From the NCBI RefSeq assembly GCF_009834535.1, contig NC_045697.1, positions 57,414,001 to 57,478,000 of the forward strand: a stretch of DNA of 64,000 bases. The letters are read 5' to 3'. Positions 24,955 to 38,200 of the stretch are shown one piece after another. The notes beneath the pieces were generated by a model, which had not been told where the DNA came from, did no database searches, and was given only the letters and a program-made list of their open reading frames with translations. Within the stretch, counting starts at the first letter, position 1. Each line of letters begins with the position of its first letter. The translations under genes and the position numbers were made by a program. Origin of the DNA: Camelus ferus. Lineage: Eukaryota.

Positions 24955-24956
<2 letters not shown>
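24650..24956 (-). mobile_element. L2 LINE fragment
   Basis: 'gaggtggcatctgtgctaggacatcttaaaga...ggagtttatcttgtagacaaaaagggctattg' are typical L2 motifs. Confidence 0.5.

Positions 24957-24998
<42 letters not shown>
24957..24998. repeat. (TG)21 perfect microsatellite
   Basis: Directly visible. Confidence 0.97.
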
Positions 24999-25002
<4 letters not shown>

Positions 25003-26479
25003 GAAGTGCATGTATCTGTATGAGAAAGAGAAAGAGAATGAATATGTTCATATCATGCTTATAAACCAGTGAGCAAAGGGAAAAATTTTTTCCCCCTATA
25101 CTAGCGTGTCAAAATGTTATTAGTAAATGAACACAGTATTCTATGTTGGCTTTGCTTATTAAGTTCCAGTGGGAAGAAATGAACAATTTTCATGTATCTG
25201 CATGTTTATGAGATGGATTACAATGTCTTTTTTTGTGTTTTGCAGCCTGACAATACACACTTTAATGTTTTATTTTATTTCATTTTATTATATACTTATT
25301 TGATAATTTAGTAAATGAAATACAAGTATGGGATTTTAAAAAAGTGAAACACAGCCTTAATTATATGCCCAAAGGCAGACTCTTCTGACTTTTTCTATTC
25401 TTTGGTTTTAATATTTAGTCCCTTTATATGAAATAATATACTCTTGTTTCTTTCTTGATTTATCAATTTTTCACTATGCCTATTGATTATTTCCCATGAC
25501 AAATTAGAATTTAGCCAACACTGCTAGCTCTAATTGTCCTTTACTTTCTGAAAATATTTGGTAGTTTCAATATTAATTTCAATTTTTCTATCAGTTTATT
25601 TTAAATGTTTATAGATCTATTTTAGTCAAGTTTGCATAATAGCTAAATGTTCCTTTAAGAGCAGAACATTATTATTTATTCCTTTCTCTTTGCTGTTCTT
25701 TACTTCTACCACCTATAAAATATAAATATGTATTTACACAGTTTTTCTTAACCTTAAACTTCTCATTTTATCCATCATTTGATTCAAAAATTTGAAAGCA
25801 ATAAGTAACATTTATAATATTAAAACTGCATAATTATTTTTCACTGAAGGACTAATGACTATTTCTTGAATAATTTTTCTTTCCTACAATCCCAGTGATA
25901 AAATGCAAAGTTCACTTGGTGGATTATGTTCTCAGCATTCAGGTGAATTAGGATATTTGCTCTTATGCCAAAATTCATTTGCCATTTTATTTTGTTTTGT
26001 ATTAGACTGTGTTTTTCTTGAATAGTTTTGTCTACTTTTGGGGTTTTTGTCCTTCCAGATTTTAAATTTTTCTTCATTTGTGATAGCAACAGAATGATAC
26101 AAATCAGACATACTCAAGTTTTTGCTATCTTGGCAGCCACACTATCAATTAAATAGATAAAACTCTTAAAAATAAGTTGGGCATTTATGCGAGAAGTCTG
26201 CAAACAATCTTCTGTTCCAATCTTTACTGTGTCCTGTTTTATAGCTGTCTAGTATGAACTCTTTATTGCATTTTTTGGTTAGATACATTTAGATCCATTT
26301 TTCAAAGATGTTAGTTTATCTTCCTCTTTCTTGTGTTTCTCACTGGTATTCTGCATGATTGCCTCCACACATGCAAAAGACTTTGTGGAAGAGAAATTTA
26401 TGGTGTCATTATTTCTGAATTTAATTACAATAGTTATGTTTAATGGTTGTCCAGTGATTTGGTAAGATGTAAATTGTTG

Positions 26480-27350
26480 ACTTAAAGAAATATGTTTTTT
26501 GAATAATTTGGTAAGACTGTTCCATTTTTTATAAAAGGTTGTTGAATTTATTCCAGTTATTTTGGAGCAGCTATTGAAATGATCACACTAAATTCCTCTG
26601 TTAATTTATCAAAATACAATTACTAGTTTACCTATCTTAAAAATTAGTGATATATCTGCATTATATACTACTGGATCAGGGAGCAAGGTTAAAAAAAAAA
26701 AAAAGAAATCAATGTACTAATGATTCAATTAATATTTGTTATACTTGGCCAAAAGGTAATAATTTATTTTTCTGTTCTCTTGATGAACAATTCAGAGTTG
26801 GATTAGCTTAAAAAATTGGTTGTATAATTTAACATATTTTTATATTATCTAATGCAGTTTTTTATAAGGCAAAAATCATATTCCACACAAGTAATTAGTG
26901 GATTTGACTAATGACCATTTGATCCTTGTGATTTTCTTTTCAGTGGGAAATGGATAATGGTTAGATCCCTGACTATTTTTTTTTTTTCAATTTTCAATAG
27001 TTTATTCACTTTTTTTAATTTTTAGAACAATTTGATAGTTTAATTTTCTACAAAATTTAATATTTTACTTAGATATTCAAATATAGAAGTATACAAAGAG
27101 TATATAATTTTCTCTTATAATTGTTCATCTTTTTGTATTTGTAATTATGACCTTTCTTTTTTATTTTTAAGTTCTCTTTTTTACTTTGATCTTAAGAGCC
27201 AAGAATTTAAATAATGACTTCATCTCTACTGTTTCTTATTTATAGTCCATTAACTGCTGTCATTTTTATAAAACTTTATGTTCTACCTCATTTGGGTTTA
27301 TTTTATTGTTCTATTTTTGTGCCTCAAGAAATGAAACCTTAAATGTTTTT
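26480..27350 (-). mobile_element. Very old L1M ORF2 fragment
   Basis: T-rich reverse-strand L1 ORF2-like sequence ('gttgttgaattta...ctattgaaatgatcac'). Confidence 0.5.
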
Positions 27351-27397
27351 AAAATTTCCGGTTGTTTTTTTTTAATGTACACAATTTAACAGAGAAT

Positions 27398-27770
27398 TTG
27401 TACTTCTGGGTATTTGGAGGAGAGTTGCTTTTCCCTATTCCTCCCATAAATACAGCTAAAAACCCTGGACTTACGTATAAAACTAACGCAACAAGACTAA
27501 AAGGTGAAGAAAAGAAGGCTAAGGATTGACACAAAATTGAATGTCTTTGATTATATCTGATTATCCCAGAGTAGGTACTGGAAAAGCCAGCAACCAAGAA
27601 ATGAAAACAGGCTCAGACCAAAAAAAACACAACAACAAAGAAAAAAAAGCACATCAAGAAAAGACTGCTTTCTCTAGCTAAAGTACACAGTAAGAGGCAA
27701 CCCCAAAAAGCAAGAATCGTTTTAGAAAATAACTGCTTTCACTCCAGCCAAAAAACTATGGTGGGGGGAA
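27398..27770 (+). mobile_element. Old L1 5' end (L1MDa-like)
   Basis: 'tacttctggg...cttttccctattcctcccataaatacagctaaaaaccctggac...aaaggtgaagaaaagaaggc' resembles L1MD-class 5' ends. Confidence 0.7.
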
Positions 27771-27944
27771 ATTTGCAGTGTTTGAGGACTTTCCTTTTGA
27801 CAATTCTACTTCCTCAACCTTCAACAACTTCTTGAAATGCACCTAAAATACATAGAATATTTATGCTGATTCCTACAATATTTCCTTCTAAAACCCATTT
27901 AAAAGATGATAACAATATTACCTAATTGTATCCCTTATGGAATG

Positions 27945-28135
27945 TTTACAGTGTGCCTTCTAAGTGCCAAGTATTTTTCTAAAATCTTTACATACGTTAA
28001 TTTATTTGGATCTCACACACACACACAGACAAAAACCCTATGATATAACTTTATTATTTCCAAGTTAAAAATAAGAAAAATGAGAAACAGAGAGTTTAAT
28101 CAATTTGCCCAATATCAAATATCAAGAAAGTGTAT
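27945..28135 (-). mobile_element. MIR SINE
   Basis: MIR core 'gtgccaagtatttttctaaaatctttacat...aaccctatga...ataagaaaaatgagaaacagagagtttaatcaatttgcccaa'. Confidence 0.7.
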
Positions 28136-28740
28136 AGATTCACCTGGCCAAGGGTACTGTCAATTCTTGTCAGTAATACTCCAGTTTTCAAGAGATCTAT
28201 CCACTGTTGCTCTAATTTTGGATTACTTATCTCCTCATTTTAAAAGTATTTTTTCGATAGTTTCTTGGATCTAAGTTCCATCCACAACATTCATTTTATC
28301 TTCTTTCTCATAGCTTCTTAAAACTCTATAGATTACAATTACCTTTTCTATTCAAAGAACAACAAAAATTCCACCCTCTTTTCAAATTAATTCCTACAGG
28401 AGCAGTCAGATAAGTCATGCAATGTCTTAGACCTTCCCTTAAAGATGTCCCTCTCTGCAACTAATTTCAATTTGCTGTATTTATTAATTTTCCCCTTTAT
28501 TTCACTCCTTATATTTAGAGTAAAGAAAGAACAACTTTGTTTTGTTTTCATCCTTTCCTACCTAGCATCTCTTTGCAAACTTGGCTCTTCAAGCATTTGT
28601 TTTTGGAATGATCCCATTTAGGGTTTTTTTTTTTTTCCTTCTTTATTTGATAATTGACCTTTAAAGTTTCCGCTCTCACCCTTGTGCTATATACACTAAG
28701 GGAATACAGATCCACTTACCTGTGTTTACAAAACTTGTAT

Positions 28741-29250
28741 TTTAGGGGAGGAAAAAGTTTTCCTGGACCCTTTTAGGGCCCCTGGATGGGTCTGATAACT
28801 AAATTGATCATTGTCACAGATCAGATAAACAGCCGAAAAGTGTACACATTTTACTGAATTTTTACATGTACACAGGAGCCTTCACAAGATAATGAAGACC
28901 CACGGAAGTGACCAGAATAGAAAGCTTTTATATATTTTAAATAAATACAGAATAAATTTGTGAAGAATTGGGGAAACAGAGACGTGAGGGCTAAGGATAG
29001 CTAGGAAGGTAAGGATTAGTTTAGCAGGGGATTGTACAGATTTCCTGGCTTCAAATTCCCCATCTCTAGTGATAAGAGTGTCTTCTTTCCTCCTGGTATG
29101 GGGAAGGAACTTTTCACATGGGAGTTTTATTTCAGAGAGGAAGGGTGATAGGGGAAGGTCAGAGCAACCCTTCTGCTTTGCTATTTTTTTAAAAATTCCT
29201 TCAGCTTAAGAAACTTAATATGACAAGGTAATGTGTCACAAACCCCATCA
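28741..29250 (-). mobile_element. ERV1-class solo LTR (MER34/MER41-like laurasiatherian LTR)
   Basis: Starts 'tttaggggaggaaaa' (decayed TG terminus) and ends 'cttcagcttaagaaacttaatatgacaagg...ccccatca'. Degenerate 4-bp flanks gtat/gtgt. Confidence 0.75.
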
Positions 29251-30734
29251 GTGTATTGACACCTTCCCTGTTTTTATATAGAGAGTTTTTTTATTGGTCT
29301 TTGAAAGGACTTCAGTCTCTCCATATGTGACTGAATTTCCTTAATATGTAAAGTCATTTCTCTTTGGAGACAGATTTTAAGTAACTCTAAGTAAAACATA
29401 TTTTAGCTTCTTTACTTTGATGTCCTAATCAATCATTTCTTAACTACTAAGTTTCAGCTCTCATCTTGCTCAACCCAGTCTTAGCCTAATGATTAAAAGA
29501 ACAGTTATGCTTAAATCCAAGCCCCATAGTTAGAAATACCCACAGTGGTTAAATCTAGAAGTATATCTGGAGACAGTGGTCACTTAAACTGCGTAGATAA
29601 AAAGTCCATGTGTCCCAAAATGTAACTTTTTATTTCTAACTTTCAAAGCTTTCAAGCCTTTTTTTCATGTGCTGAGGACACTGTGTCTCTGTGTAGTGTG
29701 TATGGATTGGCCGGGTAAAAAAAGTTGCCAGTTAACCACTCATCACTCATGCATGTTCTGAGACAAATTTATTCTAGGCACAAGGAGACAAATGAAAATC
29801 AAGCATCATTATTTACTTGATAAAACGAGGTTTGAGATAAGAAGTTCAACCAAAATCTAAAGTGAGGATTCCTTCTCTCCCCTCTGTGAATGGAATGTAA
29901 GTATGCAGTTTTAGAAGAAGGAGCTGGAGAAAAGTAGTCTTTTTCCACAAAACAGAATGTAAGTCGCATCCCAGTGAGCATATAGTATCACAGAGGAAAG
30001 CAAGGAAAAATATGCAGCTCCCATGTGGTAAAAGAGTTCACAGTGAAAACAAGAGAGACTACTTTCTCATTTTTTAGCCAAATAACCCCATTCACTATTG
30101 CATGGAATATGGAAAATCTCCACCACATGGGGGGCAGTGAGGGAAAGATCTGATTATGAAGAAAAGTGTGCATCGCATCCTACACTGAAATTAAGAAGTT
30201 ATACAGATACTTCACAAAGACTTGAAGATAATTTTCCATAATCAGTTGTGATTTGTTATGATCAAAAGACATATGATATTTTTGTTAATCTATTTAGTGT
30301 CTGAGAGATAAATTTGGATATTGTATTTCTACATGCATTTTCTGCCTAACTCCTTCACAGTATTGAAGATAAAATATTTTTTGAATCTATTGTTACTTTA
30401 ACTTTGATAAGCTTACATGGCTTAATCTCATAACTTCCCATTTCTGACATTGGTATCAGTTATTTAGATGATTAGTCATCTTTTCTGTTTTCTTATCCCT
30501 GTTCTTTGGGTCATTTCTTTCTACCAGTTTTTTCCTTCGTATTTCTTTCATGTTTCTTACAAGTGTTCTTTAGATTCACATTGTCACTAATTTCCATTAT
30601 ATTTAAATGGCTCCCTGAAAGTAGACTTTTAACTTTAATAACTTTTGCCCTATGTTTCCATAGTAACCTACTCAAAACATTACTGTCATCTTGTCATATT
30701 GCTCCACTAAAGCTTTTGATATATTCCAGTTGTT

Positions 30735-31050
30735 AAAGAGATAAAGTTCACACTCCTCATTTTGGCATTCAGGGAACTCTGTAATACGATGCACCTATTT
30801 TTAAAGTCTGACCTCAACTCAACTCATATTTTATTGTTTAACCAAATTATAAAAGTCATTATTCCTTACATGCAATGTGCATTCTCCTGCCATTTTATAT
30901 TTGCTCTTGGTAATGTTTATGTAATGTGGTATATCTTGACCTTCAAAAATATGTCTTTAATGTCTTCCTAGCTTTAAATAAATCTATTTTGACTTCTGTC
31001 TCCTTCATTAACTCTTTTCTAAACTTTCCCAAACTCTAAATCTAATCCAA
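30735..31050 (+). mobile_element. L2 LINE fragment
   Basis: L2 motif 'gagataaagttcacactcctcattttggcattcaggg'. Confidence 0.5.
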
Positions 31051-31174
31051 CTCTCTCTATGGACTAAAAATGACTTTCTAGCCATATATCCATTGACTAC
31101 TGAATTTCTTAACATAAATGATTCAAAATATTTGAATGTATTTTATTTTCTTCTTATAACAGATTATATAGTTG

Positions 31175-31555
31175 TTCACAAAATCATTTCCACTTCCTTT
31201 TGGGAATTCAAATTAACTATATTTTCCAGCCTTCTTTTACAAGTAGATATAACTGAATAAGTTATGAGCAATGAAAAGTGAGCATAAATGAAAATAAACT
31301 ACTTCCCAGAAAGGTCCCTTAAAAAAAATCTTGCAATGATATTTTTTATATTTTCTTTTCTCTTGCTCTATTTAATTAAGGAGAGGACAAGATCTGGGAA
31401 GCCCGTGGTGTCCCATTTAATACACAAGTTCAGTCCTTCAGTGACTATGTGGAACAGGACCTCCAAGCTTACACTGATGTCTATTGGACTATGCTGTGAA
31501 AAATAAACGTTTCTTGTGTTAAGCCAGTGATATTATGGAACTGTGATTCAGCAAG
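31175..31555 (+). mobile_element. MLT1I/J-like MaLR LTR
   Basis: MaLR 3' end 'tattttccagccttcttttacaagtag...aaataaacgtttcttgtgttaagccagtga'. Confidence 0.65.
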
Positions 31556-31564
31556 TGAGTTGTG

Positions 31565-31830
31565 TTAGCTCAAAATATATACAAAAGCCCCTTATTTCTT
31601 TCTGTATTTCTATTACCCTAGTCCAAGTCAACATTATATCTTACCTTGACTACTACAAGCTTTTTAATAGCTCTCACTGCTTCTGTACCTACCATTCAAA
31701 ATCATTTTTTCTTTACAAACAGAAACATCTTTTCAAATGTAAATTCAGTTATATCATATCTTTGATTAAAACTGTTCAGAGTGTTGCCATATAACTGAGA
31801 ATAAAATCCAAATTCTTACTCCTGGCTTAA
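31565..31830 (+). mobile_element. L2a-like LINE fragment
   Basis: 'accctagtccaagtcaacattatatcttaccttgactactacaag...aactgagaataaaatccaaattcttactcctggc'. Confidence 0.75.
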
Positions 31831-32479
31831 AGGAATACTCATTAAACCAGGACCCTTCTGACAAGGGTCTCTGGGAAATAAAGTTCCCATGTCAGGCTTC
31901 CAGGATTCTAGGATTCCAGCCCTTATATTTTATGGCAAAACTTAAAAAAGAATGATGCAAATTAATTACAACACACACACACACACACACACCCCAACAC
32001 ACAGTAGATTATAATGTAATAAAAGCAAAATTATATGCCTTTTAATCCCACTAGGTTAAGGTAAAGTAAAAACACATATGTACAGACTCACATACACAAA
32101 GGTCAAAAATTGAATAAAGGAAATTTTCTATTTTAGAGATCTATTAGTGCAGTTTAGAAAGACTACAGAAAAAAAGCACAGAGAATTATATAAAATTAAG
32201 ATGTTTTTCTTCTTCAGTCTTGTTTCAGTATGTTTAGTTGTATTATTAAATAACCTTATAAAATCTTACCAAATGTAGTTTTATTCTTTTTTAATGGAGA
32301 AAGATAAAGAGCTTGACAACTGCTGATCCAAATCTTAATGACTTCATTTAAAGAGAGAGAGAGGGAAAGACCAGCAGTATGACAAAATGACTACTATGCC
32401 CTCACATGTCATAAAAGACCTTGAAATACACGAGGAACACGAAACTAGTCATTATCTTCTTTTTTGTTCTGTTGATTAT

Positions 32480-32820
32480 GTGTCTCAGCTGCCTCTACAG
32501 CAGGTGGCTTTCAGCAGAATGTTAGCGGGTGTCTCCTTGACCTGTTCCTAGGCTGGGAAGTCTTCTGTGTGCAGAGGAGACAGTGCAGAGTCGAGTTCGC
32601 TTATGGGATACTCTGCGATAGACAAGGCAGCAGCCTTAGTAAACAGCAGATGGCACGGGCAGGCATTGTGCCAGCTCATAATTACAACCCGGTGGGCCTC
32701 GGGGAACCATACGATGCACCTTAGAGCTGGAACTAAATGGATTTGTGTTTTTCTACATTATCCTCTTGTTTCCCATTGGTGTGGCTGCTGATATGGCCAT
32801 CAGAGAACAACAAAGCCTTG
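32480..32820. promoter_or_regulatory. Candidate enhancer/insulator: non-repeat, GC-richer, CpG-retaining block with E-box/CTCF-like motifs
   Basis: 8 CpGs in 32521-32720 against a CpG-poor background. CAGCAGGTGGC at 32498, CAGCAGATGGCAC at 32644, CAGCTG at 32486. Function is inferred only. Confidence 0.4.
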
Positions 32821-33464
32821 TGTGTGTATGGGTGTATGTGTATATGGGTGTGTGTGTGTGTGTTTTAAGCCTTTAGTGGATTAAATAGCAACCAGAGTAA
32901 AATAGAATTTGCCCATTTGTAAGTAACAATGGATCATTTTGTGCTTATAGATTTTGAATTTGTGTGTTTTATCACATTCTTTCTTACTCTGACACAGGCT
33001 ACATTGACCACCAGCTATGTGGTTAACTTATGAAATAAAAAGCCATGATGTTCATCATTTTCATAACTTTTTCACACATGGCAGTTGATAACAAGCAGCT
33101 GTAAGGAAGCACAGCTGGCCTGTGATAGGACTCTGTGTGAATGACTGAATCTCTATTCAGAGAGCAGGTCAGGTTGCTGCTGACAGTCTGTAAATAGGTG
33201 TGAAGGTAATGGGAAAGACAACATCTACACTTACACTTGTACTGGATTCTACCCTTAGGACCATGTCATCCATGCATCCCACAGCGTAAAGGTGAGAAAC
33301 AGCAGCTTCAGGTGTTGTGAATGTAATGAGGTAACTTAGCTTTCACTTAATTTTCTAAGCAACAGAGAGATATTTTTCAGAGTTTACAAGGAAGGATTGG
33401 TTACAAGATATTTGCTTCCCACCATTTACTTATTTGAATTCTATTTCTATATCTTAATATTATT

Positions 33465-33999
33465 CTGGTAGATCACTATAGGATCGGTTCACAATTATTT
33501 CATGCCTCCCTGCATCCATACTTCTGTGTATCCTCTCCCACACTGAATCTGAGCCGGACAAATGGAATGAGTATACATGATTCAAGTAGGGACTTAAATA
33601 GCTTTTGCACACTGAGGCTTGTGATCTCCTGCTGCACTTGGGAACACTGTAAATATCATGACGTGAGGAAGCCTGGGTAGTATGCTGGTGCCTAGACGCT
33701 CTGTGGAGAAAGCCCTAGTCATCCTTGCCACATAAAAAGGCCATCACAAAGCAGCCAAGTCCAGTCAACCTGCACTGACCGAGGCCGGGCTGACCAGCCC
33801 AGCCCAGGTGACCTGCAGGTTCATGAGATAATAGTTATCAAATATATCATTATGAATTTTTGCTCTATAAATGATAAAATCTATACAAATATACATTGGT
33901 TTATATAAATACATTCATCTATATAAACTTATAGATGATAAATGTTTTAAGTTATTGAATTTTGGTGTAGTTTGCTATGCAACATTAGAAAACTGACAT
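33465..33999 (+). mobile_element. MLT1G/H-like MaLR LTR
   Basis: 'tcctctcccacactgaatctgagc...tttaagttattgaattttggtgtagtttgctatgcaacattagaaaactgaca' shows the MaLR body and 3' end. Confidence 0.8.
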
Positions 34000-34089
34000 A
34001 TTTCCAAAAAAGAAATAAAGCTATATACCACATGTCTCCATCTGAGGATCACTTTGATCAAAGGTGAAAAATCTTGTAGAAGTTCTGTA

Positions 34090-34225
34090 GCACCAGGCAT
34101 CTCAAACTTTTTGAACATATGATTCACATTTAAAAGATTCTGAATCACTAAATATGAGGTAAGGCCTAAAATTACCCATTTCTAACACATTCCTAGATGC
34201 TGTCTATAACAAAACTCTATTATTT
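34090..34225. mobile_element. MER5-like hAT-Charlie fragment
   Basis: 'tctcaaacttt...gattctgaatcactaaatatgaggtaaggcctaaaattacccatttctaacacattcctagatgc'. Confidence 0.6.
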
Positions 34226-34829
34226 ACTGTCCCATTTCAGCATTATGGAAATTGAGAGCCATGAGTTCTGCCAAGTCTTGACCAATAGTTTCCTGAATCC
34301 CTTAAAGTGTTTGTGGCTATATGTGTGTATGTGTGTCTGTGTGTGTGGTGGTGGTGTTTTCATTTTACTATAAATAATAGTCAATGTCATAGAAAGAAAT
34401 GATCTAAAAGTCCAGTCGGGTTTAACAGTTAACATGAATCTGATATTTAAATTGTTGAAATCTGCCAAAATAGAAAAACGTAATTGCTATTTATTTGAAT
34501 AAAACATTAAGATAAATGACCTATTTAAATGTGTTAGTCATTAAAATTATCAGAAGCAAATATTATTAATATCAAATTATTAGCTTAGAATTAAAGTTGC
34601 CAATGATTTATGAATCAATGTGTGCAAAATAAAATAAAGCATTAATATGTTAAATGATTTTCTCAAGTTTTAAATCCTTATTTTATTGCTCACATGTGAT
34701 TTATTATAAAGAAAGTTTTCACACATTTATATTACAAAATAAAGCCTTGGAAAATGAAATCAAATATAGTTATTAAAATAAAATAGATACAACAAAGTCT
34801 AATAATAGTCTGCGCAGAGCTGAGGCAAT

Positions 34830-35270
34830 ATTTGTGAGATGGAAGGTCCAGTTAAAGAATTCTCAGAGAACATAGAATAAGCAAGGAGATGGAAAGAAAG
34901 AAAGAAAATTTACAGTGAATATGGATCCAGAATTTCCCAAATCCTTTCTAATTGGAGTATCAAGGAAAACATAGTAGGGGAAAAAGGGAACAAAGCAAAA
35001 AACACTTGAAAAAATAAAGGCTGAATATTTTCAACTGAGGAAATAGAGTTTCCTCAGTTAAAAAGAGAGAAGTGCAAAGCATGATTTTCAAAAAAAGTGG
35101 GGAGGGAGAATATAACAATAAAAGAAGTTTCACATCTGAATCTGTTAATGAACTTTCAGTTTGTCTTAGGAGAGAAATGACTGAAGTGCATCAGAATATA
35201 AGACAACCTACAAAGGAACAGTTAGATTGACATCCACCTACTACTCAATAATACTGTGTACAATACAGTG
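34830..35270 (+). mobile_element. Ancient L1ME/HAL1 ORF1-region fragment
   Basis: A-rich ORF1-like sequence ('tctaattggagtatcaagg', 'ggctgaatattttc', 'gttagattgacatc'). Confidence 0.45.
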
Positions 35271-38200
35271 GTGTTTTTTTTTTTTTTAATTTTCAAATTT
35301 ATGATGGAAGATTACTACCCATGCCCCTCTAGTTTGACTTCATTACAGGCACCTGGATCTTATCAGGTAGCCATGTGACCACACCTCTTTTCTGGGTGCA
35401 TTTCCTACAGCTGAAAGAAATTAATGGTAGTCACCCAATTCTTTCTTAAATCTTAAACTATTGATTTATCTTTGGCCTAAAGCTGGGTCTGATTGACTAC
35501 ATCTGTGGATCGTTGACAAAACATTTCATTTTCCAAATCTACTTATCCTGGAATTTCTGGGTTATCTATATTTTTTCTTAATTTTCTTGCAATCTAACCA
35601 GTTCTTTTGTGTGCTCCTCTTTTTTTCTAGAAACAATAAATTTCATCAATTAACATTTGCTTTGAAATCATTTCACCCAAACTCACAAATCATTTAAGCA
35701 CATTTTCTGCTTCCTATATTACTGCAGAAGATAGTTGAGTTAATGTTTCCCCCACTCCATATAGTGAGTCACCACTGTCTAGCTTCCATACCAGTCTCTT
35801 CATCATCCACCACCCAGTCTCAAAATCAATGTTAAATATCTCAGTTAGCAGCCTTCCCATTTCAGTTTCCCTCATAAATCAGGTTTTTCATGACTATTCC
35901 TGGCTTTGGATGAACAGAAGTGAAAACAACTCTAAGTCTAAACCAAGTCAATATTCTTGGTCAGTCTTTAAATTGTTTTATCCCTTTTTGTTCTGGCTCA
36001 GCTCAACAGCCAAATAAATTTGGAATAATATGGCTAAACAATATAAAACAACTATAATAATCTACACCAGAGGGATATTGTAGAATACTACAGTTGTTTT
36101 ATATTATTTAGAGCCATTAAAATTCAAAAGCCTATTGTGGATTTGAAAACTCATTCCCTGTATCCCTCCTTCTTTACCTGTCCTAGTCTCTCTCTCTCAT
36201 CCTCTTACAGCATTTTCAGAGAGCGGTTCCACAAAACACATTTTTATAAGCACAGTCTTAAAGCAAAATAGAGGCATGATTCAACTACTTACTTAGAAAT
36301 TGTTTTTGTATTCTACTTTTACCAAAACAGATGTAATAGTGTTATTTATCAGATGTGGTTTGATGTCCTTTTTATCATTCTAATATTAATAAATTATGTG
36401 AAAAGGTAATGAAATGCAAATACTTTATTTCTAGAAGAAATATGCTTCTTAACTGTAAAGCAGAAGAACAATTATAAAATAACAAAAACTGTAGTAAGTC
36501 CTGGTGTGATTTTTTAAATGTAGATATTTTTAAAGAAGAAATAATGTAGGTTGTAGGTGTTTAAATCAGGATTTAATAGTTACTTGGGAAACTACAACAA
36601 AAATGTGTTTGTATTCTACTTCAAATACTCCAAGAAAATGTTAAATATTAATTATGATAGATATATTAAATATACAATATACTTCTAGATTATTTAAAGT
36701 AGAATACACCTTTTTGCAGGAGTTACAGTAGCTGTATGTATATATAATATGTATATTATGTACATGTAATTTGTGATTATGGCTCACCCAACAAAAATTA
36801 AATTCACATATTAAAAGACAATGGAGGAAACATATTTTCATAATTATTTGATTTGGACTAAATTCTTCAAATTGTTTAAGACTAGAGATATAAGGTTTTA
36901 GTTAAATACACTGTATCTTTGAAACATTGTTGAATCTCAACTATTCCTCCAAAAATAGATGGCATCATACAACTTAGAGAATAATTTAGAAACTGTATTG
37001 TAAATGATTGTGTGTTTATACACTGAGGTGTTGGATTAAAAATATAAAGGTATTTTCAAATTTACTTTCAGGGGTACTAAATGGAAAAGAATCTGATAAA
37101 ACCTAGTAAGTGGAAACCAAGGTTAGGCACATGACAATTAATTCAAAAGGGAACAAAGTTACTATATAATGTTGCACTGACAGATAAGGAGAATATTGAA
37201 TTCTTTGCTGTATAGGTGCTTAGTCCCTAATGAGAACCAATAGAAAATGACCAGGTACTCTTCAGTAATTGAGCCATTGTCCCTTTATCACTGAATTAAA
37301 CAAGAAGTTCTTTTAAAGAAAGAGCTAATTTCAGGAAGGAAACACGAAGTAAAATATATACTTTAATAAAATGTCATAATTTCATGTTTATTTTCTCTCT
37401 TAACGTGACATTCTTTAAGAATCAAATTGTACTTTTAAAAGTTGTTTCAATATTTTATGATCAAAATTTAAGCAGATCAGAACCATGAACAGACCACTGC
37501 ATGTTTCACTTGAGTTCAAGAATATTCTAAATAATTTCTTCCAGCTACATTTTCTTGATTCTTTAGTTCTCTCTGAGACAAAAGATAAAATGAAAAATAA
37601 TAAAGTTTATTCACTGAATTAAAATATACTGAGGATACAATTTTTATTATTCCATTTCTCATTTTCTATTTCATATATTTTTGAATAATTACAGTATCTT
37701 TTTTAGCCAAATTTCCCTGGTGCTTTGCATTCAAAAATATTGTTCATGAAATGTCAGTTTTACATAGGACTCTCAATGTTGCTGCCTTTTCTGTCCAGAA
37801 GGTTTTTTTGAGTATTGAAATTCTAAACATCTATTTGATATTTCTAAATATCCCTATGTTATAAAACTGAAACTTAAAGTTCTGTTTTTAAAGTTGTAAC
37901 TATATTTCTTAAGAGTGTTTTATTTTTCACATTTGTGTTAGAATAAAAAATCATGGAATAATATTATCAGTGGAAAAATAATGAAAAACTGACTGAATAA
38001 GAATAGAAATAGTTTCAGTAATAAAGAAGCCAAGTAATTAGCAGGAAAGTTTGATGAAGAAGCTATACCCTTCAAAACAGTTACTCAGAGATATGATTCA
38101 AAGTTAAAATAAAATGCTAAATTTCACTAAATTACCAAATTGTAACAAGTTAAAATTTATATAAATGTCGATAAATAGGTTTTGAATTGACCATTCATAT

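Noticed and set aside
32567..32791. 74-aa ORF in the CpG-retaining block
   Set aside because: It has a GTG start, no recognisable domain, and other frames are similarly open. It is better explained by locally higher GC.
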